Notes under the pieces: generated by a model
The model's input: the letters and a program-made list of their open reading frames with translations, nothing else
Databases searched by the model: none
What the model was told of the DNA's origin: nothing
Translations under genes and position numbers: made by a program
Source of the DNA: Vairimorpha necatrix
Lineage: Eukaryota
NCBI GenBank assembly: GCA_036630325.1
Contig: CP142726.1
Location: 1,054,001 to 1,118,000, forward strand
DNA: 64,000 nt
Direction of reading: 5' to 3'
In this document: positions 24,074 through 36,165 of the stretch, piece after piece
Position numbering within the stretch: the first letter of the stretch is position 1
Layout: every line of letters starts with the position of its first letter

Positions 24074-26223
24074 CTTTTAAACAATAGCCAGAGTAAATAA
24101 ATTAAATTATAAATTATAAAAAAATATTGTTGTTTTAGTCATGATGGTAGCCAAAAAATTGTAGTATTAATGTCTAAAGATTTTTTTACTTATTTTCTTC
24201 TTATTTTGCAAGTGTTCAGATTTTCATTACAATATAATTAAAAAATATGTACAAACTATTGGAATTGCTTCAATGTTAAATCTGAGATATTAGAGCTACA
24301 TAAAATTATAAATACTGAAATTTTTTAATCTCTCAAAATCAAAGTTTTAAATACAACCAATTATCTCAATAGAAAAAATAGAGAACATCCAAAGTATGTA
24401 TAAAATATGGCAAAATAACCATTCACAATAATTATAAAAATGATTTACACGCCTGAAAATTTCTTACGCGGATTATTATTCATAGAAAAAATAAACAATC
24501 TTCCATAATTTTTTAAGCAATAGGTATTCTTTAACTATTTTAGACAAAAACAAATAACTTTTTTTCTATATTAATTTTAAAAATTTAATAAGCGTTTTTG
24601 ATTTTTTAGTGATAGTTCCTATTTGATTGATCTAAAAGAACCAATCCTACCAAAAACATTAATTATTAGTTCCGAGAACAAAACATCTATTTAAATAAAA
24701 AAATAGATCCTAGTTGAGATAAAATTTCAATGATATCTTCAGTAATCATTTTTTATGTACAGGTTACACAACAGTATTTATTGAATTTGAATAAATATAA
24801 AAATTATCACAAATTTAAAATTCGGTATATCTTCAGGGATTATGTACATTCAAAACCAATGGTTTATATGAGCTCTGGATGATTTTTTGAACTAAGCATA
24901 GACATTATATCAATAAGTAAAAAAATTTAAGTAGAATTAATATACATTTACAAAGATACTAATTTACGTCAAGTGTCCTTGGCGGCTTATACTGTTGCGA
25001 TTTAGATGATATATTTACATGAACTGGAGAATGAAGTTTTTAGCTGGAAGGTAGATAAAAACAGCCTTGGTGATTCATTACCCTAAAAAAATTATTTTCC
25101 AATAAATAGCTGTTAAAATTGTATGTAACTTTCAGTTTTATTATAGATGAAATCTTTTTATGAACAGTTTGCATATTTTTTATGTTTCTTATGGATTAGA
25201 ATCTAAAAAATTAAGTAAATATATTATAAATACTATTGAAATTTACAAAACTATTAATAAAGATAGAATCACTAATCATGTATTGTGTAAATGAGTATAA
25301 TGACAAATACCACAAAAACTCGCAAAAGATTTGATACTCTAGAAATTGCTTTTATTAAAAAAGAGCTTCAGGCAATTCATACGTATCTTCTAGTTTTTCA
25401 ATTATGTGGTTTTAAAAAATTATTGATTTGAACGTATAGATCCGCCTAAAATTAAGTTTGCATATATTGTTTTTGTGTTTGAAAAACTTTACTATACGTT
25501 TATGACAACTTCTAATAGTTAAATGTTGCGCTTATTATTTTTTTAGATAATCCTATAAATAAAATGGACTTTTGACATAAATGTCAATCAAACTATTATT
25601 TTTTTTTTAAATTTAAAGTCCTTCTGTTAGTATTAAATTTATAAACTCTGCATTGGAGATTTATAAATTTTATGTAGTCTTTAATAAAGTTTCCTTGCGT
25701 ACAACATTACAAACTTAATCTCACAATAAAACAAAATGATTTAGCATATTGCATTGTTAAAACATTCAATATTGATAGGATAATGGGATAGAGTATTCAT
25801 CATAATACGAAGTTTTAATTAGAAATTACTTCATATTCTTTATAAAATGTTTTAAGGCGATATGATTTATCTAAACTTTGCAATTTGGACTTATAAATGA
25901 CGTTTAGAAATGTTAGTGTAAAAATAGTCAAAAAATTTATGCCTCGTGAAATCATTAAAATAATTTTACATATAATATTTAGTTTAGTAGAAAGAAGATG
26001 ATGCTTAAGTGTTAAACGATGTATAAAAAGTTATCTGTAATTCTTTAGATTTTTAGCATAAGTTTGTTTTTATAATATTCGATCTGTCAGGAACATGAGC
26101 TTTTTATTAATTACATTACTAGATACACAGGGACCGAAAAATTTTAAATGAGCGTATTTTTATCAATAATTAAAATTTAATTAAAAAAAATTGAATTTTA
26201 TTATGAATTGTTGTGCATCCGAT

Positions 26224-27042
26224 TTAACTTTTAGTATTTTTTATAACTTCTTCTGATTTTATTGATAATATGGTTAATATATTTTTTAATGATTTAAAAA
26301 GTGCATTTACTGTATAGTGAGTGTCGACGTCCGTGTATACATAACCTTCTAATTTATTTTCCATTTTTTTCAAGGTTTCTATTATTGGTATATGCTTAAA
26401 TGCAGAAAAAATTTCTATTTTGTATTTATGGATATTTATTTCTTTCTCGTTTGATGAATTAGTGGATACTGTTGCTCTTTTTATATCAAAAATAGATAAA
26501 AATGAATAACAAAGATTCATAAATTTTATAAATACGTTTTTAATTTCATCAGATTCCAATGAATTCTCTATAGATTTAGTGATTTCGATCAAATGTTTAT
26601 TTCTTGCAGTATAAAAAAGTATCAATATATCTCGTATACTATATTCGTATTGATTTTCACAATAATCAACAAATTTCTCAATATTTGAATCAGTTTGTTT
26701 TATTGGCTCTATTCCTGTTTCCATATTATTTTTATACTCTTCTATTTTCTTTTTACATCCGATTATATCTTCTTCAATATCAATAAGCAGATCGGCAAAA
26801 TAAATCAAGTTACTTTCCATTGTGGATGTTCCGTGTGTTGGTTCTGCTTCCTTTTCGTACCATGGTCGGAGATTTATCTTTTTAGTACTTTTTTCCAATT
26901 CATCATATGGTCTAAATCCCAATTCATCTTGATCAGATACTACTGATATGTATCTCACATCTTTATTTCCGTAAAAATTTCTTATTATATTTTCATTTGT
27001 AATGTAATCGGCACAATAAATTAAATAAAATGTCAATATCAT
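26224..27042 (-). CDS. Lineage-specific multigene family protein (272 aa)
   Basis: MILTFYLIYCA, FRPYDELE, YKIEIFSAFKHIPIIETLK; CCC upstream. Confidence 0.88.
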   Translation of the reverse strand: MILTFYLIYCADYITNENIIRNFYGNKDVRYISVVSDQDELGFRPYDELEKSTKKINLRPWYEKEAEPTHGTSTMESNLIYFADLLIDIEEDIIGCKKKIEEYKNNMETGIEPIKQTDSNIEKFVDYCENQYEYSIRDILILFYTARNKHLIEITKSIENSLESDEIKNVFIKFMNLCYSFLSIFDIKRATVSTNSSNEKEINIHKYKIEIFSAFKHIPIIETLKKMENKLEGYVYTDVDTHYTVNALFKSLKNILTILSIKSEEVIKNTKS

Positions 27043-28036
27043 TTAAAAGGGTGAGATACAAAAAAAAATTATAAAGCTTTTAACATGTAATTATTTTTTA
27101 ATTTGATATGTAAAAGGAGGATATAGGTGTTATGATTATTTCAAAACAAAATATTTCGATCTATTTTTGAAAGCATGACATATGTATAAATTACACGATG
27201 CAAACAAAATGTTCGACATTATACAAATCTTAATTTAAAATTCTCATATTATTTTTTTTGTAAGCGTGCATTTGTTCTAACAAAATATTTAATCATTTAT
27301 TTGTGATTTTTGATTATAGAAATTTTATGAAAAATCAAAAGGGGAAATTTTTATGTTTTCATTACTCACACATTATAATTAAATAAAGGATCTCAATAAA
27401 ATTTACCGTGTTTGTGTGGCGATCAGTTTTTTTGTTTTTTATGTTGTCTTGCCATTAAGCCTATGAGTAAAAAGCGATTATTTCTGAGAGTCTTCGTTCA
27501 AAAATTTCTAATCAAAATTCTGTAAAAAAAGAAGGATTAACGGAACAAAAATTACAGACCACTTTTATATTAAAAATATAAAATTTAAATAAATTTGAAA
27601 AAAATCTAATTAAAAAAAATACCTTAGATATTCTAAGCGCCAATCTTCAAATAAGATTTTTATCTTGATTCTTTTAGAAGCAGATTGGGTTTAAAAAACA
27701 TTTTAAAATAAAAAATCAAAAAAAAATTAGTCATATATCGATGATTAAAACACATACTTTAGGCCCTAACTATTTTAAATTTACAAGAAAAAACTTTTTA
27801 GCGTATTGAATTGGTCCTTGCTGCATGATTATTTTGCAATAAAATGAATTGATTATTACTTTTGTAGATATATCATTTTTATTTGGTATTTTAATATGTG
27901 GGGATCTGTAAATTTTGCCTTTTTTTTATTTCTTCATTTTCGCAACCAAAAATTTTATATAATACTTTCAAAGTGGGCGTTAAGTATCTCAACTCCAAAA
28001 GTTGAATAAATTAATGTTTTGATTATTTAATTGATT

Positions 28037-28899
28037 TTAGAATGAATTTTTTAAAATATCATATATTTGATTTAACTTTTCATAATTTTTTATAACTTTT
28101 TCTGATTCTATTGCTAAAAGATCTAATGTAGCTTTTAATGAATCTAAGGTTTTCATTATGTTCAATATAATGTTTTTGTCATTATATTTATATGATTCTA
28201 TTTTATTTGTCATTTTTTCTAGAGTTTCTATTATTGGTATATGCTTAAATAGCGAAAATATTTCAATATTGTAATCATTGAGTAACATTTTATATCCGTT
28301 TGACTGATTTAGAGTTGATCACCTTTTGTTCATATTATAAATCGATAGAAAAGAACAAAAAAGATCCATAAATGCTTCGAAAATGTTCTTTATTACTTCA
28401 AGCTCCCTCAGAGCATCTATATTTCCCATAATTACCGGCAATGTTCCTTTTTTAAATCATATATTTTTTGAATTTTTTTGTGTGTATCTTCTTCTGTACA
28501 ATTTATACAAAATTCCTCTATTGTTTTAGATTTTTTAATTTTTAAATTTTCTTTCTTTATCATCTTTGATTTCATTTTCAGTATATCTTTGTATTCTTTT
28601 ATTATCCTTTTACAATAAAAGATATCTTTTTTAATAAGAAAAATTGGATTCGATGAAGATTTTGATTTATGTTCTACTGTAGAATTTGCTTGTTGTGGTT
28701 CTACTTCCATTTCGATACATGTCAGTTGATTTAATATTTCGAAACTATTTTCCAATTCATCATATGGCCTAAATTCAGATTTATCATGTGAAGAAATTAT
28801 GAATTTGTATCTTATATCTCTATTTCCATGAACCCTTCTTGTTATGTGTTCATCCGTGTTGTAATGAGCACAAAAGATAAATTTTAGTATTAAAATCAT
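28037..28899 (-). pseudogene. Frameshifted member of the same family
   Basis: N-half 28432-28899 (FRPYDELE) and C-part 28037-28288 (YNIEIFSLFKHIPIIETLE) separated by frameshifts near 28440 and 28315. Confidence 0.85.
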
Positions 28900-29018
28900 T
28901 TAAGGGGTAAAATACAATAAAAATTCATTTTCGCTCCGTGATATTTATTTCTTTGTGATTTGATAGAAAAAAACAAAACTATAATGAGGGAAGAGTTAAT
29001 TTTCGGGAAAAAAAATCG

Positions 29019-30038
29019 GGCTAAAGTTAGCTTTAGCTGACAAAAATGCATATTGGGTTTTTTTTCTTTTTTTTGCCCCTTTTTAAAAAAATGGAGGAGA
29101 CAATATGACCAGAGCAGAAATGGAAACAGTCTATAATATTTTATTTGACAAAAAAAAGAATCAGTTATGCAAAGTGTGTAATGGTAGAATGAGGTTGCTT
29201 AGTAAACAGGGCCCTATGTTAAAATGTACTTGGAAGGACTGTAAGAAGACAGTTTCTATGTGGAAAGGTACATTCTTTAAAAACTTGAGACTTGATCATA
29301 TCAAAATTTTACAGGTACTTAATTTGTGGATTCTAGGCTATCCTCGTAAGTATATTAGCCAAATTTTATGTTGTTCAAAACCTTCAATATCGTTTATTTT
29401 TAAAAAATTAAAGGAAATAGACATTTATGATAAATATTTATCATCTTTGGGAAAGATAGGCGGGGAAGATATTATAGTAGAAATAGATGAAACAAAAATA
29501 GGAAAAAATAAGTATAATAGAGGTAAACTAGTGAAAGGGTTTTGGTGTTTTGGAATGATAGAGCGTTCTTTAAAACGAACTATAATAATTACTTATATTA
29601 AAAAAAGAGATACAAAAACACTTACAGACCTTTTATTAAAATATGTGAGCACGGAAAGCACTATATACAGCGATATGTGGAGGGCTTGCCGTTCCTTGGG
29701 TAATGATTTCAAACAACAAACATGGTCAACCATTCATTACACTTTCGAGATCCTAATACTGGGGTTCATACCAATGCCATAGAAGGTAATTGGAGATCAC
29801 TCAAAAATTCTATACCTAATCGAAATAGGTCTGCAAATGGTGCCAAACTTTATTTGTTTAGGTATATGCTTCGAAGAAATGCATCTAATTCTGTTTTTGA
29901 TGCATTATTAAATTTATTGTTCTAATTTTTGTTTTTGTTCCTTCCTTAACATTTTCCTTCTTCCATTTTTTTAAAAAGGGGCAAAAAAAAGAAAAAAAAC
30001 CCAATATGCATTTTTGTCAGCTAAAGCTAACTTTAGCC
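29019..30038 (+). mobile_element. Merlin DNA transposon, family B, copy 1
   Basis: ~78-bp TIRs starting GGCTAAAGTTAGCTTTAGCTGACAAAAATGC; 8-bp TSD AAAAATCG at 29011-29018 and 30039-30046. Confidence 0.95.
29105..29925 (+). pseudogene. Merlin transposase with a frameshift near 29720
   Basis: N-terminal Cys motifs, VEIDETKIGKNKYNRG, IYSDMWRA, then VNHS...GVHTNAIEGNW in a second frame. Confidence 0.9.
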
Positions 30039-32051
30039 AAAAATCGTATTGGTTTTTTAAGAAAGCGTGATTTCTGTTGTTTTTAACACATTACACAAAC
30101 AAAATATTCGAAAAATGAGCAATAACATTTATGATTGTAGTATGTAAATGCTTATTTAAGTGTGTGGTATTACAAATACTACAAATTAATCCTTTTTATT
30201 TTATCAATTTCCCTTTTTGGAATAGACTATATAGACCAGTTTATTCCTAAAATTAATTTTATTTATTTTCAGCCACCACCGCTCGCCGAATCATGAAGCA
30301 GAAAAATGATTCATACCCTTGAACCCCTCGACCAAAAAGGGGCTACCAAGCCAGGGATCAGTTTCCAGAAAGATGACCAACGAGCCAATAATACTAACAA
30401 TAAAATAATTAATTTAATAAAATTTTTTTTCCAGAGTAGTTCCTTCGGATTACGTCAAAATGCAATGATTTTTTAAAAAATGATTAACAATTGATTTTGA
30501 ATTTTATTTGGTTATTATTAGTTTAAAAAAAATAAAAGAAGGATCTAAAATGTACAATACTTGCATTATCCACACTTATGTTATAAACACTAGTTTGGCA
30601 GCTATATGGAATCACATTTCAAATGTTTTAATTTTTTTTTGGTTGATATTTTTGACTTAATATGATTTATATAATTTAGAAACCTATAATTTATGCTCAT
30701 TTTTAGTCATTCAGTTATAAAATAATTAATTTAATAAAACTATGAAGCAACCCTTAAATCATAATCGTTGAACTTTGATTATAATTATTAATAATACAGT
30801 TAAATAATGCAAACTTCCTTGAATTTTAATGGTTTTACGCCAATCAAATGATTTTTTGCACTACATATAAAATATTATGGCCATTACAACCCATAAAATT
30901 TTATTTTTATTCATATGCCCTTCTGTTTCTAGATATTCAAATTACTAGAATAGATTCCGACTTATGACTATTATAATGTTCTTACAAGTTATAATGGCTA
31001 TAACAGTAAAATTAATGTTGTATGTCTTTTTCCATATGCTTTCGTATTTACACTATAGTTAAATTTTGTATTTTTATCTATTTCAAACAAAAAAATCTTT
31101 TAAAGCTTCTTATACCAACCCCTTTACACAATACTAAATGATCTTTATATACTTATTGCGCTCATTTTAGATTTCTAGAATTCAACAATTATAATTTTAC
31201 AATATTTTTGGTAGATTTGATTGCTTTCAACTAAGAATCAAGATATATGTTTAACATTTTACGCAATTAATTACTGATATTTTTATATTAAAAATTATTC
31301 TAAAGGAAATCATAACAAAATAATAGAATTTTATAATAAAATGTATTTTGTGAAGAGCGATCGTATACATACATTATCCACTCTCTTATTAAAAAAGGGA
31401 TCTAGTTATTTTATGCCCATTTTCGTAGTTTTGTGCCTTAAAATTTATCTTTCTACTTATTTTTAAATGTAACATTAGATCAAAATTTAAAATAAAAGTG
31501 ATTGCGTGTACAATATGAGTTAAAAACCAGTTTTTAAATTTATTTTTGTAAAATCAAGTCAAAAATTTAAACAAAATGATTAAAAAATTTCGCCAATACT
31601 AAAAAAAAAAAAAAAAAGAATCATTTAAATTTGAGTTCACAAATCGTAGTCAAAAAATGATACATAAAAAACACTATTCAAAATTATTTTGTTAAAAAAC
31701 ATAACTTTGAACATTATACATTGATATGTTACATAAAAATTGCTGTTCATTGATCAACTAAAATCATAATTTCCCCATTAAGTTATTTCTCTACAATAAA
31801 AACGATAAAAATATTATAAATAATATATATTATATATACTATCCTTTTTAAAACGAAATTATACGCTTTAGTTGCCAACGATTTCATTTATTTTGCTATA
31901 TACGATCAAGATATACACATCATTATGTAGTTTTTTTAAATATTTTTGCGTAAAATACAGTACTATAATCCATAAATCGAATGCTGCAAAGGTTTATACA
32001 TGACTGAAAAATTTTTAAATCATATTATGAATATTCTTCGCCCCTTCATTT

Positions 32052-32936
32052 ATGTTACATAATATTCTGTTCGTTATATGTATTATACTAGGAAATAATA
32101 CCAATAGAATTTGGAGAGGATGGGAAAACAGGCCAGAATGTGAACTTGATAAATTAGAAAAAAATTCTAGAGTAAAATTAATATCATCGAATCCGAGATA
32201 TTCTCCTTATAAAAAATCAAATAAATCAAAAACTAATGAATTCAAAAACAACCTGCTACCAGAGCAAATGAACGAATTAAGAGAGTTTGTTAGTGACCTC
32301 AAACATTTTAAGAATACAAATTATGACAACATGGGAAATATAGAACTGTATAATAGGCGTATTGAGCGTTTTGATAATCTTTTGACAGAGTGGGAGAAAA
32401 AGGAAATAATAATTCCAAAGACTACTATTAAAATTAAATATAAAGGCGGGAAAAACAAAGAATTTATAAGAAATAAGAGAATGATGAATATATGGTCAAG
32501 TGATTATAGGAAAATATTAAACGAATATATCCCGAAAATTAGAACAGAAATTGAAAATTCATTGATGCAAAAAACAAGCAAACAATCAAATATAAACAAT
32601 ATAAATCGTATATTACGAGCCATGAGATATTTTAATTCATTAATGCCGAAATATAAAAATTACAAATACAATTACGATGCATTAGTTCATTATTATACCT
32701 TGATAAGTATTAGGTTACCTTATCTCTTTGACCATTTTGACTTATGTGGAAGATTTATAGATTTATATGAAAACATAATCGAGCAGTACATACTAGATGT
32801 AGGCTTTACTAATAACATGACAATAACATTGTTCGAAATGAGTATAAGAGCGTCTAGCATAATAAAAACTCGTGATTTATATGCTACAAGAACCCAAGAA
32901 ATGATAACTTTGTTGGGAATTTTTAAAAATAAATGA
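32052..32936 (+). CDS. Hypothetical protein (294 aa) with signal-peptide-like N-terminus
   Basis: Intact ORF, CCCC 7 nt upstream of ATG, MLHNILFVICIILG; no recognisable domain. Confidence 0.8.
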   Translation: MLHNILFVICIILGNNTNRIWRGWENRPECELDKLEKNSRVKLISSNPRYSPYKKSNKSKTNEFKNNLLPEQMNELREFVSDLKHFKNTNYDNMGNIELYNRRIERFDNLLTEWEKKEIIIPKTTIKIKYKGGKNKEFIRNKRMMNIWSSDYRKILNEYIPKIRTEIENSLMQKTSKQSNINNINRILRAMRYFNSLMPKYKNYKYNYDALVHYYTLISIRLPYLFDHFDLCGRFIDLYENIIEQYILDVGFTNNMTITLFEMSIRASSIIKTRDLYATRTQEMITLLGIFKNK

Positions 32937-33464
32937 ATTTTACAAAAAACATCTTCATCAATTTTAAAAAAAAGTAGATTTATTGTAATACTTTCTGCAA
33001 TTTTGAAATGTCATAACTAATTATTTTCGACTTATTTTTTTTTGTGGCATTAAATATGAAACAATTTTATAAAAAAAAGTAGTTTAAATTATCTAAAAAA
33101 ACATTCTCTATTTATAGTTTGTATAAAATTTTAAAAATGTAGTTAAAATCTATCTTTAAATCTTAAACCTATTACAGAAAAATGCATCTTACACTTTTAT
33201 ACATATATATATTATCATATTTATATTGTTTTTAGTCAATTTTATAAAAATGTCTTTTAGAGTGTTTATTGATAAATTGTAATCACAACTTTTTTTTTGC
33301 AATATATTCCCAGAAATAAAATTCTCAAATAAAATAATAATGCAGCCTAGATCTATACAATTTTTTTAAAACGAGAAGTCAGCTATATGTATGCCATCTT
33401 TAATAAAATTATTCCAAATACGATTTGCTATATAAAAATAAGGTATATATTTTGTTTTTTTTTA

Positions 33465-33960
33465 TTGCTAAGAGTTGACACTAGGATACATTCAAGTATC
33501 AAAATAAAGTATAACAAGCCCGATATACTAATTGTGGATAAGTTGAGGAAAGAAGTGATCGTTGTTGAAGTTTGAATCACAAGCTTTAACAACCTTCATG
33601 TGGTAGAAACATAAATACGACTTGCTTGCAAATCATGTGGCTTCTCTCCATAATTATAAGCCGAAAATTATTCCTTTTGTGATGACTTGGGATGGAATAG
33701 TATCTAGTTTCCATCGCTCGCATATCAAAGAGCTCCGATTAGAACCCAGAATGGAAGCACATATACAGACAAGAGTCCTTAAAATGACTTTAGAAAGCCT
33801 AACTATGTCAATCAGACATAGGTTGATACTGAACAGAAAGGGGTGTTAGAGGAACCAATATGTGGATTTCAGGAGGGACTACGGGAACTGTCAGAAGAAA
33901 TTGTGAGTATAGCTTGTGAAAAGTAATTAGGAATTAAGTTATTATATTATAACCCAATAT
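33465..33960 (+). mobile_element. 5'-truncated RLE-type non-LTR retrotransposon (endonuclease end)
   Basis: YNKPDILIVDK...VVEV*ITS (PD-D/ExK) followed by KYDLLAN...IIPFVMTWDGIV. Confidence 0.8.
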
Positions 33961-34513
33961 AGTATTTTTACTTTGTTTTTTACAACATACAAATTCATAT
34001 TATTTTATTTACATGCTATAGTGTTTTATCGTATATATTACATACAAAAGATGCTCTGTTTTTCATTTATTCAAAATTCCACTTTTTAGATGCTTTATGT
34101 TACTAGTAAATTTTCAGTTTTTATAAAATTGTTTAAAATTTAGTGACTTAAAACAAGACCAGGCTAACATTGACTTTAATGATAATATTCAATCTATTTT
34201 CAAATAATGATTATTTGCGGTTCTAATCAAGGGCATTTATTGTGTTATATTGAAATAGTCTTTAATTTGTAAAATAAATGAAAATGTATAAAATACAATG
34301 AACTCACTAAACAGCTTCGTAATATTTCTATCCCTTACTATCTGTTTTCAGGTAATTAGATAATTTAATTATTTTGAGAAGAAAAACTGATCGGTAATAT
34401 AAATCTATTGCATTGTCGTCATGAAATACATAACAGAGATATTAATATTAATATAAAAATTATTTAAGATCAATGATTTAATGCACGTTTTTTATTATAG
34501 AAATATTGAGCAA

Positions 34514-36013
34514 TTATTTAATGTCATATCTACTTTTTTTTTTTAAAGTTTTTGGATAATTCATTTTTGATATTAATAGCAAAATAACTGTGAATCCTAA
34601 AAAAAATATATAGAAATATGCCGAAGATGTTTTAAAACTCAATATTGAGATAAATAACATAATAATAACGAGGAAATATTTGCTATACCTTGGTTTTTTA
34701 TAATGCCCATTAATGTAAAATTTCCCCGTTAAAATATCATAACAATCTTGTAAGTCTCCTTGTCGCCATCTGTTTAAGAAATATCTTACTATCGAAAAAT
34801 AAAAATCACGTATAAGACCCGTAAAATCCTGCTTTGTATTTTTTATAACATTTGCCTTTATAGCTGGTGTACCAGCGTACTGCAATGAAATTTTATTCCC
34901 GTTTTCATACCATAAGTCCCCTAGATGGAATTTGATTTTATTAAAAACATTTTTCATGTTTTTCTCTATATTATATCTCCCAATATAATACTGAACTAGA
35001 TTTGTTCTATCTAGACAATCTATACAATTTGTTCTTATTACTCCTTTCTGATATTTGTCATTCATTTTTTCGCCAAATTTATCTAAAACATTTTTTACGC
35101 TCAAAATAAATTTGTCAAATTTTTCTTTATTACTAATAATACCCGAATTATGAAAATCTAAATTCATGAAGTTTTTTTCATCTTGAAATTTTTTAAATTC
35201 TTTATTAAGTTCCCCTTCATACCCATTTTGTTTAATTAAATTAATATAAAAAAAAAATTTATATTTTTTTTGCAAAATTTCAATTGATTTTATGAAACAT
35301 TCTTTGTTAAGTTCGTTTTTTGATATTACAATTGGTGGGGCATAAGCTAATCCTACTCGGTGAGACCAAATCAATGGTATTGATCCTCTAATTTGTAAAT
35401 ATGAGTAAACAATATCCATACCTATTTTTATAATTTGTTCTGTTTCTACATAATTAGACACATAGCCTTCCGGGTTACTACCCCGACAAAAATATCTCGC
35501 GCCACAGTTTTTCCAGCATCTTCTTGAAATTAATATTAATTGCATATTGTCAATCTTATAACCATTAAAATATCCTTGAATACATTTCTTAGTCAATTTT
35601 TTTAGTTTTTTATCAAATTTTTTTAAATTTTCAATAGGCACATAATTAAAAATAAAATCTTCTCTATTGGAATTGTTATTATCTTCCATAGAATAATTAT
35701 TATAAAGTGGTTGGTAGCTAAAGTAAATTCCTGATTTTTCTAAAGTTTTTTTTATATTTTTTACTATTGAATTTTCCCCCGGCCCTTGTAAATGAATAAT
35801 TTTTACTTTTGATATTTCAAATACATCCGAGTAAAAATTTTGACTATTTTTTATAACTTCTGTTATAAAAATAATGTATTGTGAATCCATAATATCAATT
35901 TTCCCATATATACCATAACAAAAAAATTCAATGTTTTCTGATATGACATTATAATGAACCTTTTTAATTGAGGAAATTTTCATCTTCTTGTTCAATATTT
36001 TAACCTTAAACAT
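34514..36013 (-). CDS. SAC1: Sac1-family phosphoinositide phosphatase
   Basis: LISRR, NYVETEQ, QIRGSIP, catalytic RTNCIDCLDRTN, C-terminal TM helices; start set at the CCCC-preceded ATG 36013 (ORF open to 36085). Confidence 0.93.
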   Translation of the reverse strand: MFKVKILNKKMKISSIKKVHYNVISENIEFFCYGIYGKIDIMDSQYIIFITEVIKNSQNFYSDVFEISKVKIIHLQGPGENSIVKNIKKTLEKSGIYFSYQPLYNNYSMEDNNNSNREDFIFNYVPIENLKKFDKKLKKLTKKCIQGYFNGYKIDNMQLILISRRCWKNCGARYFCRGSNPEGYVSNYVETEQIIKIGMDIVYSYLQIRGSIPLIWSHRVGLAYAPPIVISKNELNKECFIKSIEILQKKYKFFFYINLIKQNGYEGELNKEFKKFQDEKNFMNLDFHNSGIISNKEKFDKFILSVKNVLDKFGEKMNDKYQKGVIRTNCIDCLDRTNLVQYYIGRYNIEKNMKNVFNKIKFHLGDLWYENGNKISLQYAGTPAIKANVIKNTKQDFTGLIRDFYFSIVRYFLNRWRQGDLQDCYDILTGKFYINGHYKKPRYSKYFLVIIMLFISILSFKTSSAYFYIFFLGFTVILLLISKMNYPKTLKKKSRYDIK

Positions 36014-36165
36014 TTCGGGGCAAAAATGTTTGAGATTTTTTATTTTCAGAATTAATTTTATAATTTCAATATTTTTATTTTTCATATATTTTAGAGAATA
36101 AAATTTTTATATCTTAATCTACAATTTATAAGCTTTTTAATATTATTTTTATACAACATTTTATT

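Noticed and set aside
24860..25100. Mutator transposase remnant (KCPWRL)
   Set aside because: A single short motif with no TIR, TSD or extended frame
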